64,000 bases of DNA, taken from assembly GCF_009914755.1 (NCBI RefSeq), contig NC_060927.1; one strand, given 5' to 3'. Of this stretch, positions 19,134 through 37,058 are shown piece after piece. The notes below the pieces were generated by a model. It saw only the letters and a program-made list of their open reading frames with translations, was not told where the DNA came from and ran no database searches. A program made the translations under genes and the position numbers. Each line of letters opens with the position of its first letter. Within the stretch, counting starts at the first letter, position 1. The stretch comes from the human T2T-CHM13v2.0 reference genome, Homo sapiens.

Positions 19134-19409
19134 ATTTTTTTTTTTTTTGAGACAAGTCTCGCCGTGTTGCCCAGGCTGGAGTGCAGTGGCGCTCCACCTC
19201 CCAGGTTCAAGCAATTCTCCTGCTTCAGCCTCCTGAGTAGTTGGGATTACAGGTGCCCGCCACAATGCTCAGCTAATTTTTGTTTTTTTAGTAAAGACAT
19301 GGTTTCACCATGTTGGCCAGGCTGGTCTCAAACTCCTGACATCAAGTGATGCACCCGCCTTGGCTTCCTACAGTGCTGGGATTACAGGTGTGAGCCACCG
19401 CGTCCAGCC
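19134..19409 (-). mobile_element. Alu
   Basis: Antisense Alu with a short right-arm deletion. Confidence 0.93.
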
Positions 19410-19439
19410 TGAAATATTTTTCCATCATTAAAAAGAATG

Positions 19440-19734
19440 AACTTTGAGAGGCCAAGGTGGGCAGATTACTTGAGCCCAGGAGTTCAAGACCAGCCTGGGC
19501 AACATGGCCAAACCCCGTTTCTACAAAAAAAAAAAGACAAAAAAAAACCCACAAAAGCTAGCAGAGAGTGGTGTCGCATGCCTGCAGTCCTGGCTACTGG
19601 GGAGGCTGAAGTGAGAGGATCGCTTAAGCCCAGGCAGTCGAGGCTGCGGTAAGGCAAGATTGCACTACTACACTCCACCACACTCCAGCCTGGGAGACAG
19701 AGTGAGATCCTGACTGGAAAAAAAAAAAAAAAAA
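19440..19734 (+). mobile_element. Alu (J-like, 5'-truncated)
   Basis: Starts at actttgagaggcc; A tail. Confidence 0.9.
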
Positions 19735-20881
19735 GAAGAACAAAAAAAGAAGGATGAAATGGAAGTACATATATTTACATGAAAACATGTCAAAGACATA
19801 CTGTTAAGAGATTTTTTAAAAGTAAATTTCAGAGCAATAGTTATAGTATTACCCTAAAGTATAATTTACATACATTATGCAAGTGCTTACATATATTTTT
19901 TAAAATGTGTCTGAATAGACACAGAACAACAGTTATCTCTGGAGAATGCAACTGGGGATGAGCCAGGAAGACGAGATAATTTACTCTTTGTACTTTTCTA
20001 TACTGTTTATGTTTTTTAAAATCATGAACAGGTTTGTGTTTTTACAGTCACTGTAAAGTGTTTTTGTTATAAAATATTCTCTAGCCCTCCTGCCTAAAGT
20101 GACCCTAGTCCTGCTAAGTAGGAACTCTTGGCTTTCCCCAGTGATCCTTTTTGCAGAACAATAAAGGAATCCTTTTCCAAGGCCCTGTGAAGGTCTGTAG
20201 TTGTCCTCTTTCACCACCTGTTGTTGAACTTGCAGTCGTAAGTCATAATGGGGATAGGGAAAGAAGCTAATGAATCAGCCTTCAAAGTGAGCAAACACAT
20301 GAGCCATTCAATTAATCACGCATGAGTCTTCAAATCCATGTCCACATCAGGCTTTGTCTCTCACTAGTTGGGGAAACTTGAGCAAGTCACTTAAACTCTC
20401 AGGTGTCCTTATCTATAAAATGATACAGTCTTCCACACAGGGCTACAAGGAGGAATAAATGAAACAATGCATTTCCAAGTTAAGTGCTTGGACTGAGCTG
20501 AATCTAATCTTCTCAAGTGTGAATGAATTCATTGGTGAAATTTAAGATGGGGAAAAAGCAAGGATGATATTATATATAAAATCAGATTTGAATTAGCAGC
20601 AGCACTGCAGTTGAATAAGCCCTGCACCACATGAGAAGTTCTGGGTTCCAATATGGACGGATGCGAGGTAGTCCTCACACAAGCTGCTTCCCCATCTTGG
20701 GCCCAAGTTTCAATAACTGAAAAATAATGGCACTGAAATAGACCTCTAGGGTCTCTTCTGGCTCTCACATTCTATAATTCTGGGGGCTTAGACATGATTT
20801 ATGATCGTGCTTGTCAGTCATGTCTCTGCGAGTATTTCTAGAAAATGCTTTATGGCCTTGAGGCTAAACTATTGAAGCATT

Positions 20882-21337
20882 CGTTATAGGCTGAATTGTT
20901 TCCCCCAGTGCCTCAGATTCATATGCTGAATCCCTAACTCCCAATGTGACTGTATTTGGAGAAAGGATCTTTGCAAAGGCATTTAAGCTTAAATGAAGTT
21001 GTAACGGTAGGGCCCTAATCTAACAGGACTTGTATTCTCATAAGAAGAGTCAAAGAGGAAGTCTCTCTGAGCCTACTCAACCTCAGGAGGCTGCCCATTT
21101 TTTTTTTTTTAAGAGGAAGAGAGACAGAAATGCAGGTGCACAGAGGAAAGGGCATGAGAACGCATAGTGGGGCCAGAGCCATCTGTAAGCCAAGGAGAGA
21201 GGCTGCAGGAGAAACCAAGACTGCCAGTGCCTTGTTCTTGGATCTCCAGCCTCTAGAACTATGAGAAAATAAATTTCTGTTGTTTAAGCCTCTCAGTCTA
21301 CAGTATTTTTTCATGGCAGCCCTAGCAGACTAATACA
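20882..21337 (+). mobile_element. MLT1-type MaLR LTR containing a 61-bp foreign insertion
   Basis: gttataggctgaattg...gcagccctagcagactaataca. Confidence 0.85.
21050..21110 (+). mobile_element. Micro-retroinsertion (~47-nt body plus T13 tract)
   Basis: Interrupts MLT1 with AAGAG duplicated (21045-49, 21111-15); homologous to 46112-46187. Confidence 0.65.
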
Positions 21338-22440
21338 GGATTCAAAAGCCAGTTGTGGTAGGAGGTTCACTAGAGAATGTCCAAGAGATTTCAAGGAATA
21401 AAAGTTAAAAGGGGGGGCAGTTCCAAGATGGCCGAACAGGAACAGCTCCAGTCTACAGCTCCCAGCATGAGCAATGCAGAATATGAATGATTTCTGCATT
21501 TCCAACTGAGGTACTGGGTTCATCTCACTGGGGATTGTCGGACAGTGGGTGCAGAACAGTGGGTGCAGCGCACTGAGCATGAGCCGAAGCAGGGCGAGGC
21601 ATCACTTCACCCAGGAAGTGCAAGGGGTCAGGGAATTCCCTTTCCTAGCCAAGGAACAGGGTGACAGATGGCACCTGGAAAATCAGGTCACTCCCACCCT
21701 AATACTGCGATTTTCCGACAGTCTTAGCAAATAGCACACCAGGAGATTACATCCCGTGCCTGGCTCAGAGGGTCCTGTGCCCATGGAGCCTCACTCATTG
21801 CTAGCACAGCAGTCTGAGACCAAACTGCAAGGTGGCAGCGAGGCTGGAGGAGGGGCGCCCCCCATTGGTGAGGCTTGAGTAGGTAAACAAAGCGGCCAGG
21901 AAGCTCAAACTGGTTGGAGCCCACCGCAGCTCAAGGAGGCCTGCCTGCCTCTGTAGACTCCACCTCTGGGGGCAAGGCATAGCCAAACAAAAGGCAGCAG
22001 AAACCTCTGCAGACTTAAATGTCCCTGTCTGACAGCTTTGAAGAGAGTAGTGGTTCTCCCAGCACGCAGCTTGAGATCTGAGAACAGGCAGACTGCCTCC
22101 TCAAGTGGGTCCCTGACCCCCGAGTAGCCTAACTGGGAGGCACCCCCCAGTAGGGGCAGACTGACACCTCACACAGCCGGGTACTCCTCTGAGACAAAAC
22201 TTCCAGAGGAACAATCAGGCAGCAATATTTGCTGTTCAGCAATATTCACTGTTCTTCAGCCTCCGCTGCTGATACCCAGGCAAACAGGGTCTGGAGTGGA
22301 CCTCCAGCAAACTCCAACAGACCTGCAGCTGAGGGTCCTGACTGTTAGAAGGAAAACTAACAAACAGAAAGGACATCCACACCAAAACCCCATCTGTACG
22401 TCACCATCATCAAAGACCAAAAGTAGATAAAACCACAAAG

Positions 22441-23458
22441 ATGGGGAAAAAACAGAGCAGAGAAACTGAAAATTCTGAAAATCAGAGAGCCTCTCCTCCT
22501 CCAAAGGAATGCAGCTCCTCACCAGCAATGGAACAAAGCTGGACGGAGAATGACTTTGACAAGTTGAGAGAAGAAGGCTTCAGACGATCAAACTTCTCTG
22601 AGCTAAAGGAGAAAGTTCGAACCCATGGCAGAGAAGTTAAAAACCTTGAAAAAAGATTAGATGAATGGCTAACTAGAATAATAACCAATGCAGAGAAGTC
22701 CTTAAAGGACCTCATGGAGCTGAAAACCATGGCACGAGAACTACGTGATGAATGCACAAGCTTCAGTAGCCGATTTGATCAACTGGAAGAAAGGTTATCA
22801 GTGATGGAAGATCAAATGAATGAAATGAAGCGAGAAGAGAAGTCAGAAAAAAAAGAATAAAAAGAAATGAACAAAGCCTCCAAGAAATATGGGACTATGT
22901 GAAAAGACCGAATCTACATCTGATTGGTGTACCTGAAAGTGACGGGGAGAATGCAACAAAGTTGGAAAACACTCTGCAGGATATTATCCAGGAAAACTTC
23001 CCCAATCTAGCAAGGCAGGCCAACATTCAAATTCAGGAAATACAGAGAATGCCACAAAGATACTCCTTGGGAAGAGCAACTCCAAGACACATAATTGTCA
23101 GATTCACCAAAGTTGAAACAAAGGAAAAAATGTTAAAGGCAGCCAGAGAGAAAGGTCGGGTTACCACAAAGGGAAGCCCATCAGACTAACAGCTGATCTC
23201 TCGGCAGAAACTCTACAAGCCAGAAGAGAGTGGGGGCCAATATTCAACATTCTTAAAGAAAAGAATTTTCAACCCAGAATTTCATATCCAGCCAAACTAA
23301 GCTTCATAAGTGAAGGAGAAATAAAATACTTTACAGACAAGCAAATGTTGAGACATTTTGTCACCACCAGGCCTGCCCTACAAGAGCTCCTGAAGGAAGC
23401 ACTAAACATGGAAAGGAACAACCAGTATCAGCCACTGCAAAAACATGCCAAATTGTAA
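22441..23458 (+). pseudogene. L1 ORF1p, frameshifted
   Basis: MGKKQSRETENS... split over ORF-track pieces 22441-22860 and 22899-23189; normal end gccaaattgtaa. Confidence 0.95.
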
Positions 23459-23521
23459 AGTCCATCGATGCTAGGAAGAAACTGCATCAACTAACGAGCA
23501 AAATAACCAGCTAACATCATA

Positions 23522-27348
<3,827 letters not shown>

Positions 27349-28823
27349 ACAATGAGAACACATGGACACAGGAAGGGGAACATCACACACTGGGGCCTGT
27401 TGTGGGGTTGGGGGAATGGGGAGGGATAGCGTTAGGAGATATACCTAATGTAAACGACAAGTTAATGGGTGCAGCACACCAACATGGCACGTGTATACAT
27501 ATGTAACAAACCTGTACGTTGTGCACATGTACCCTAAAACTTAAAGTATAATTTAGAAAAAAATAAAAGGGTTTTTCCTGGCATCATAAAAGCTTTATAT
27601 CGATGTTCTCTCTTGCTGCTTTTGGTAATTAGAATAGGTTGTCAAAAAGCTAGAGCAATTGTTGATAGTCTCAAGTTTTAATGCTCTCAATAAATAGTTC
27701 AGTTTGGGAGGCAGAATTAAAATGGGACAGTGGAATGCCAGAGAGTTTGGAGTGATCTGGACCAGGATTAAACATCGCATTAGCAGAGTGATCCTGGACC
27801 AGGTACTTAATCTGTCTGCATATGAGTATTCTGAAACCTAAATGAGAGACCGTATGTAAAGACCTGGCACCCACATGGCACATTCTTGGTAGCTATTATC
27901 TTCATGTGATAATGAAAAGTCTTTACTCCTTATTTCCTTGAAAATATCATTACTTTGGAAAGAAGCTAATGTTTTATAATAAAGTGTTTTCTAGACTAAA
28001 TTTTTTAGTTCAAAGTTTTGCCCTTTAAGAGATCTGAACTTCCATTAGAACGTGGGAAGAGGGCTGATCACAGCATGCATTTATTGAACTCTGACTTGTA
28101 TGCCAAACACATATTAATTTCTTATGAATGATTTCATTTGAGCTTCTGGAAACGCTACGAGGCAAATAGCATTGTTTTTCCCATTTTAAAGATGAGGAAA
28201 TAACTTTCAAAGAAGTTAAAAAGCTTTCCAAAGTTCCAACAGCTAAAAACACCAGCTGTTTGATCCGAAGACCATCTTCTTAGCTATACTGGTCTCAGAA
28301 TCTAGGTACCTTTTATCAAGCTACACATTTTTACTCTACCAAGTAGTTTTTATTTTGAATCTTCAAACAGAACTGTACTGGATTTTATCATTGGTTTACA
28401 GATAAGGAAGCTGATGCTTAAATAACTTACCTAATATGGTTTGGCAAGTGGCTGAGCTGAGATTCAAAAAAAAAAAAATTCATTTTCTCTTAATCTACTG
28501 TTTGGTCTGTTTGGGCCCAGGGTTCTGTGTCTTCACAGCTCTACCCTACCACTTCCAAACTGTGCTTAGTAGACTGCACAAAGCCCCGGAAAGTACACTA
28601 AACTGGAATCCAAGAGACCTGGGTTTTATTGTCCGCTGTGTTACCAATGAACTATGTGACATCAGTTAAGCCATTTCACTTCTCTGAGCCTCAGTTTTGT
28701 CATTTGCTGAAATAATTTGAATTAGGTCACTTTTAATTCTTTTGGCTTTAAGTTTCTATAATCCCAGGTGAATTGTGAACAATCACATTCATTGTGTCAC
28801 TAAACTTAAAGAAATAAAATGTC

Positions 28824-29150
<327 letters not shown>

Positions 29151-29514
29151 TCAAAAATTATGAAATAATTACAGGGACAAATGTGATTGTTAAACTATGA
29201 TGGTAAAGAAGTTTGATCCCAACCTTTCAGAAACCAGCTTTTTAGAAGGATTGGTGCAATGATAGACGAGATGTGGGAACAAAGCTCAGACTGAGTATCT
29301 GTGATCTCAGACAAGTGTTTATTCTTCCTCTGATTTAGTTTGCTTTATGGTTGAATGGAGATAATTCTAATGCCTGTATGTTTGCTTTAAGAAGACTTCT
29401 TGCCAGATATTAAAATAGATGAGAAACCAGAGCATAGAAGGGAAAACCAGAGCATAAAAGGGAAACCACACTGGAAAAAAGTTTACAATAAAAATGCTGT
29501 AAAAATGCAAGACA

Positions 29515-29672
29515 CGGGTGAGGTCATGTGTGCCTGTAGTTCCAGCTACTCGGGAGGCTGAGGTGGGAAGATCATTTGAGCCCAGGAGCTCAAGGCCACA
29601 GTGAGCTATGATCACACCACTGCCCTCCAGCCTGGGCAGCAACACAGCAAGACTCTGTCCTAAGGAAAAAAA
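29515..29672 (+). mobile_element. Alu monomer (FRAM-like)
   Basis: Right arm only; TSD aaaaatgcaagaca. Confidence 0.88.
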
Positions 29673-31099
29673 TGCAAGACATTATATTTGAAGACATCAG
29701 TGGCTGAATTTGGAGTCTGGCCAACTGTGTCCATTAAACACACCAAAAGAAAAAAAGGTAGTGTTTTTGTGTGATCACACTGGAAATAATTGAATACAAA
29801 CAGGCAAAAATCAAAAGGAAGCAAAAGAACTCAGCAATGAAAAGATAAGAACAAGAAGTGAAAGAAGAAAAAAATTAAAATGAGTAGATAAGGTGGAGGA
29901 AAGATTCACAAGGGAGAAATGAGAAAAATGAAGAGGACCAGGAGTGGGAAGAAATGAAAAAAGAGGAAAAAAGGAAAAAAAGGTAATTTCTGAAATTGCA
30001 ATCTCCACCAACGGCCTAAGCTACTCTTGATTTTGAAGGCTGTGCAATCATCACATTCCAGTTTTAGAACATCAACATCACCCACCCCCCCAAATTCCCT
30101 TGAATTAATTTCCACAATTGGAGCTCTCCAAAATCCACAGTAGTTTGAGGAACAAGGGAGTGGGGGTGATGTCGTTTAACAAAGTCCGAAGTTGTTCTCC
30201 TATTCAGCCACCAGGGGGTAATACATTCCATTCAATTCAAAAAGCATATTTAGGGAAGTTTACCAAGTGCTCCATACTCTAGAGGCTACCCCATGAAAAA
30301 AAATAAGGCATCATTCCTTACATTCAAGTGCAATCAATAATATATTTATGCAAGTAATGATGATTCAAGAAGAAATGAACTATTAAATCACATTAGAGCT
30401 AAGTCTTATGGCTGAATGGGAATTTATAATAAGCAGAGACGTGTGGTAGGAGGAAGATTCTGAAGAGAGGAGTATAATGGGAAGAAAGATCGGTGCCAAT
30501 GTTTAAGTAAACTTGTATTACAGTTGGAAGAGAAAGCATCTTCTTAAGTCTGTTTTCATATGTTCAACATCCACAGACTAGTTAATGGGTATTGGCCTCA
30601 TTTGTAAATATCTAACTAAAAATGAATTTTTTTAAAAAAGATTCAACACAATTTTTAATGATGCAATTATAAAAAATTATTAACTCTGTTTCTTCGCAAT
30701 AAGAAGGGTAAAATTGTTTGCAGTCTTTCATTGTGTTATCTTTATTTGGCTCCATGATCAATAGCTTCAACTATAGTCTATTTCCTCATCGAGTTAGTTT
30801 CTTTGTTCTTTATTTCTACTACACTGGAACATATAAAGTATAACTATCAATCTTTGACTATTGTGGTGAGGGTGCTGCTCTGATGGGTGGTTCTAGATAT
30901 GTGGATCAAACACGAACCCTGAATTTGCGGAGGGATTTCTCTCCCAGTTCCACTCACAGTGCTCTGTAGAAGCCGAGTCAATGAGCCTACAATGCAAAAC
31001 ACCAGAAGTCTGGATGCTTAATCCACTCTTTGGGTACAATTTGTTCTGATAGTGAATTTTCATAGTTTGTTGCAGCATTTGATTTTTATGTTTTGTTCC

Positions 31100-31580
31100 T
31101 GTTATTTTCTATAGCTTTGTTAAAATTTATATGCCATAAATTCACCCATTGTAAGTATACAATTCATGACTTTTAGAATCTGTATAGTTGTACAATCGTC
31201 ACCACATTCCAATTTTAGAACCCTGCCCAATTTCCTTTAGCCCATTTGCAGACATACTCCACTTCCATATCCAGCTCCAGGTTAGCCTGATCTGCTTTCT
31301 CTTTCTCTAAATTTGCCCTCTCTGGACATTTCATGTCATACTATATGTAGTCTTCTGCACTTAGCTTTTTTCATTTAGCATAATGTTTTCAAGGTTCATC
31401 TATGTTGTAGCATGTATCAGTACTATATCATTCCTTTTTATTTCTAAATAGAATTCCATTGTATGGGCATACTACATTTGTTTATCAATTCATTAATTAA
31501 TTGACATTTGGATTCTTTCCAGTTTTCAAATAATGCTGCTATGAGTAATTGCGTACAAGTCTTTGTGATGGACATAAAAG
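31100..31580 (-). mobile_element. Old L1M 3' UTR fragment
   Basis: ttcacccatt...tagcataatgttttcaaggttcatc...aataatgctgctatga. Confidence 0.8.
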
Positions 31581-31783
31581 ACAAAATGTGCTGAGCAATT
31601 AAGGAGATGATTTCATTCAAGCTTTTATAATAGGCAAAATGTTCATTAATGAAAAACATCTCCAGGAGAAAAAAAAAAAAGAAGACCTGGGATTTTATAG
31701 AAGCGGGTAAGCAAGAGAGCCACCAGTGAGTCTTATAGGAGTCCTAAGGAATGATGGCAGGAAATATGCAAGAGCAAGGTGGT

Positions 31784-32186
31784 TGTGTTAGTCCGCTAGG
31801 ACTGCCATAATGAAATACCACAGACTGGGTGGCTTAAACAACAAAACTCGTATTTTCTCAGAGTTCTGGAGGCTGGATGTCTAAGATCAAGGTGTCAGTA
31901 GAGTTGGTTTCTGCCATGGACTCTCTTTTTGGCTTGCAGATGGCTGCCTCTTGCTGTGTCCTCACTTGGACTTTCCTGTGTGTACGTGCTTTCCTGATAT
32001 TGCTTCCTCTTCTCATTAAAACACCAGTTCTGTTGGATTGGAGCCCCATCCTCATTACCTCATTTAACCTTAATTACCTCTTTAAAAGCCCTGTGTCCAA
32101 GCATAATCACATTCTGAGGTGTACTGTGGGTTAAGACCTCAATATATGAATTGGGGCGTGGGTGGGACATAATTAAGTCCATAACA
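31784..32186 (-). mobile_element. MLT1-type MaLR LTR
   Basis: tgtgttagtcc...aaataccacagactgggtggcttaaac...gtccataaca; approximate TSD gtggt/gtgat. Confidence 0.88.
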
Positions 32187-32644
32187 GTGATTCTTTGTGG
32201 GTAGTCTTTCTTACAAATACAAAAGTGTGGGTATTTTCTCCGCGTTGCTGCTTTCCAGGAGCACAGGCTCAAATAAAGTTCAACGTCATGAGGACAGATG
32301 TTATCATTTCTCTTGTGTATATTCCTAGAACTGGAATTACTGGGTTACGTTTAACATTTTAAGAAGCCATTTGCCAACATATCTGCACCGTTTTAACTTC
32401 CCACCAATAATATTAAAGGATTCCAGTTTCTCCACTCCCTTACGCTCATGAATGCTTTCTTTTTTATTTCAGCCATTCTGGTAAAAGTAAATGGATATTT
32501 CATTGTGGTTTTAATTTATATTTCTCTAGTGATTAATGATGTTGAACACCTTTTTCATGTACTTGTTAACCATTTGTATATCTTCTTTAGTGAAATATCT
32601 CTTCAAATCCATTGCCCATTTAGGAGTTTTAAAAATATATTCTA

Positions 32645-32944
32645 GGCTGGGTATGATGGCTCACACCTGTAATTCTAGCATTTTGGGAGGCTGAGGTGGG
32701 CAGATAGCTTGAGCCCAGGAGTTTGAGACCAGCATGGGCAACATAAGCAAAACTCCATCTCTACAAAAAAATACCAAAAAAATTAGCTGGGCATGGTGGT
32801 GCATGACTGTAGTCTCAGCTACTAGGGAGGCTGAGGTGGGAGGATCACCTGAGCCTGAAGAGGTTGAAGCTGCAGTGAGTCATGGTCGTGCCACTGCACT
32901 CCAGCCTGCCAACAGGAGATAATCTGTCTCGAAAAAAAAAAAAA
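32645..32944 (+). mobile_element. Alu (J-like)
   Basis: TSD tatattctag. Confidence 0.92.
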
Positions 32945-33455
32945 GTAAAACAAAATATGTATATTCTAGATATAAGTCGTTTGTCAGGTACATGATTTGC
33001 AAATCTTATTACCCAGTCTGTTTAACTTGTCTTTTCATTTTGTTAGTGGTGTTTTTTGAAGAGCTGAAGTTTTCAACTATAATGAAGTCCAGCTTATCTA
33101 TTTTTTCTGAAGTGTTGCATATAGATATGCAGTTGTCCCAGCACCATTTTGTTATGGAACCGAACTGGGGTCTCTCACTTGGCGCAGCAAAGCCAAACAC
33201 TGACATTGGGATTTGCAGCAAGAGAAAGTGAGGCATGTATTGCAGGGCACCAAACAGGGAGAATTGGGCAGCTCATACTTAAGACCCAAACTCCCAGATG
33301 GTTTACAGGTAAGGGTTTTTTAGGATGGCGAGGCAGTTACAGGCAAAGTCATAAATCAATACATGGAGGCTACACATTGGTTTGACCTAAAAAGGTGGGA
33401 CATCTTGAAGTAGAGGCCCATAGGTCATAGGTGGATTCAAAGATTTTCTGATTTG

Positions 33456-33740
33456 AGGCCTGGCATGGTGGCTCACGCCTGTAATCCCAGCATTTTGGAA
33501 GGCTGAGGCGGATGGATTGCTTGAGCTCAGGAGTTTGAGACTAGCTTAGGCAATGTGGTGAAACCCCATCTCTACAAAAATACACAAATTAGTTAGGCAT
33601 GGTGGCTGGCACCTTGACTATTTGGGAGGCTGAGGTGGGAGGATCACTTGAGCCCGGGAGGCAGAGGTTGCAGTGAGCCAAGATTGCACACACTGCACTC
33701 CAGCCTGGGTGACAGAGCAAGATGCTGCAAAAAAAAAAAA
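33456..33740 (+). mobile_element. Alu
   Basis: TSD ttctgatttg. Confidence 0.93.
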
Positions 33741-34095
33741 TTCTGATTTGCGATTAAAGGACACAAAGCTTTGTCTAAAAATTTGGGATCAGCAGAAAAG
33801 AACGTTAATTCTGGCCTGGGAGTGTGACTTCTGCCAGACTGCCTAGGAAGACATCTAAAACAAATAGCGGTGGTCAGAGTTCAGTCCTCAAGTCCCTCAT
33901 ATTTGACATCTGTGTGCCAGTGGATCTGTTTGGTGGAGGTCTGGGTTTCTGAAAAACAACTCAGGTACATATGTTAAGATATCTTTAGTTTCTATAGGGA
34001 ATCAAACATCTCCTGACTTTAGCTTCTGTGGCTCCTGTTTTAAGCTACTATTAACTTCTTGCTTATCGAGTTGTTCATTTACTTTTCAAGGCTAG

Positions 34096-34458
34096 TGATA
34101 TGGTTTGGCTGTGATCCATCCAAAACTCATCTTGAATTGTAGCTCCCATAATTCCCACGTGTCCTGGGAGGGACCCAATGGGAGGTAATTGAATCATGGG
34201 GGCGAGTCTCTCCCTTGCTGTATTTGTGATAGTGAATAAGTCTCACAGGATCTCATGGTCTTATAAGGGGGAGTTTCCCAGAACATGCCCTCTTGCCTGC
34301 TGCCATGTAAGATGTCCGTGTGCTCTTCCTTTATCTTCCGCCACAATTGTGAGGCCTCCCCAGCCATGTGAAACTGTGAGTCCATTAAACCTCTTTCCTT
34401 TATAAATTACCCTGTCTCAGGTATGCCTTTATTAGCGGTGTGAAGACTGACTAATACA
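34096..34458 (+). mobile_element. THE1 solo LTR
   Basis: tgatatggtttggctgtg...gactaataca; 5-bp TSD GCTAG. Confidence 0.93.
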
Positions 34459-34671
34459 GCTAGATAGGTGCCCAGAATGTCCCTTGAAGGAACTCAAGAC
34501 TTTTCTTTATTTCCATGCTTGGGCCACCCACAAGCCCCTAAAAGAACCCCCTGCTCCATCTCAATTTGTTGAAAAGACTATACTTCCCCTACAAAATTGT
34601 CTTAGAACCGCTGGTGAAAATTAATTTAATATAGTTTATTGCTGCATTCTCAGTCCTGCTTCATTGCCTTA

Positions 34672-35006
34672 CAATAGTTTCTTCTCATCGGCAAGGGATA
34701 TATTCCAAGACCCCTCAGTGGATACCTGAAACTGCAGATAGTACAGAACCCTATACATTCTATGTTTTTTTCTATACTGGCATTTCCTATATATGTAAAC
34801 TTTATGGTAAAGTTTAATTTATAAATTAGGCACAGTAAGAGACTAACAACAATAATAATAAGTGGGCCAATTACAAGAGCATACTATAATAAGAATCTTA
34901 AACCGATAAACTGTTTATTTCTGGGATTTTCCACTTAATATTTTTGGGCTACAGTAGACCATGGGTAACTGCAGAAATTGAAACCACAGAAAAGAGAGGC
35001 CTACTG
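34672..35006. mobile_element. Tigger-family (TcMar) non-autonomous DNA transposon
   Basis: TA on both flanks; decayed TIRs caatag.../...ctactg; ttccaagacccctcagtggatacctgaaac. Confidence 0.75.
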
Positions 35007-35414
35007 TACATGCCTATGCTTATCCAATACCCTAATATCACACTGTCTTGATTACTGTCGTTTTAATGGTAAATTTTGACATTGAGTTGTATAAGTTCTC
35101 CAGTGTCATTCTTCCTTCTCAAAACAGTTTGGGCTCTGCAAGGTCCTTGGTATTTCCATATAAATTTTATGATCAGCTTATCAATTACTACAAAAAAATA
35201 GCCTGCTTGGGATTTTGAGAAGAATTCTGTTGAATGTAAATCAATTTAGGGAAAATCACCCTTTAACAAAGTTAAGTCTTCCAACCCATCACATGATGTT
35301 TATTTATATCTTCTTTAATTTCTCTCAGCAATATTTTCAATATTTTGTTGTTTTCAGTGTATATATCTAGCACTACTTTTGATCATTTTTTCCTAAGTAT
35401 TTTGTTCCTTTTGA

Positions 35415-35823
<409 letters not shown>

Positions 35824-36965
35824 TAATTTATTAGTTCTAGATTTGTGTTTTTGTGAATTTCTTCCAATTTTCTACATAAAGGATTATATCATCTGTGAAT
35901 TTAAAAAGTCCTACTTCTCTTTTGCAACATGGATGTCTTTTTTATTTTTGGCCTCATTATACTGGCTAGAACCTCCAGTATATAGCTGAACAGAAGTGGT
36001 GGGAGTAGACAGTCTCACCTTGTTCATGATCTTAGGAGGAAAACATTCAGTCCTACACCATTAAATATGATATTAGCCCTAGGTTATTTGTAGATGCCTT
36101 TATCAGAATGAGGAAGGACCCCTCTATCTTGTTTGATGAGGGTTTTTATCATGAATTGGTGCTGAATTTCTTCCAATGTTTTTTCTGCATCTGTGAAGAT
36201 GATCATATCAGTTTTGACTTTTATTAATATGGTATATCACATTAATTGATTTTTGAATGTTAATTCAACCTTGCATTTCTGGGATACAGGAATATTGCAT
36301 TTCTTGGGATATTATTGGTCATGGTATATGATCCTTTTTTTATGTTGCTGACCTTGGTTTGATAGGATTTTATTAAGAATTTTGGGGCCTATGTTCATGA
36401 GGAATATTGGTCTGTAGTTTTCTCTTCTCATGTCATCTTTGGCTTTTGTATCAGGTTAATGCTGCCCTCATTGAATGAGCTGGGAAGTGTTCCTTCCTCC
36501 TCTATTTTCTGAAAGAACTTGTAAGCTACTAGTATTTGTTATTTAAATATTTGATAGCATTCACTAGGGAAGTTATTTGGGCATGAGCATTTCTTTGTGG
36601 GAAGCCAGTTCAATTTCTTTACTTGTAGGTCTATCAAGCTTTTCTATTTTTTCCAAGCCAGTAATTTACATCTTCCTAGGAATTTGTCTAATTCATCTGT
36701 TGTCTAACAGTTATTCATAATATTCCCTTACAATTCATTTTACTTCTATAAGGTCAGTAGTAATGTCCTCTCTTTCATTCCTGATTTTGTGTCTCTTCTT
36801 TTCTTGGTCTAGCAGAGCCATCAGGCTTTCTTGAGTATCCGCTGCACACACACACAGACTCCATCAGCCAGGGTTGTGTGGATGGCTCAGACCTGCTCTG
36901 GTCTTTGCTATACATGCCAAAGTCTCTGGCTAAACATGATATATGGAGCCTTTATATATACAGAC

Positions 36966-37058
<93 letters not shown>

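Larger units (their letters stand above)
33150..34563 (-). mobile_element. ERV1 solo LTR (MER39-like) with a nested Alu and THE1
   Basis: TG...CA termini; 4-bp TSD ATTT at 33146-49 and 34564-67; minus strand begins tgagatggagcagggg. Confidence 0.75.
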
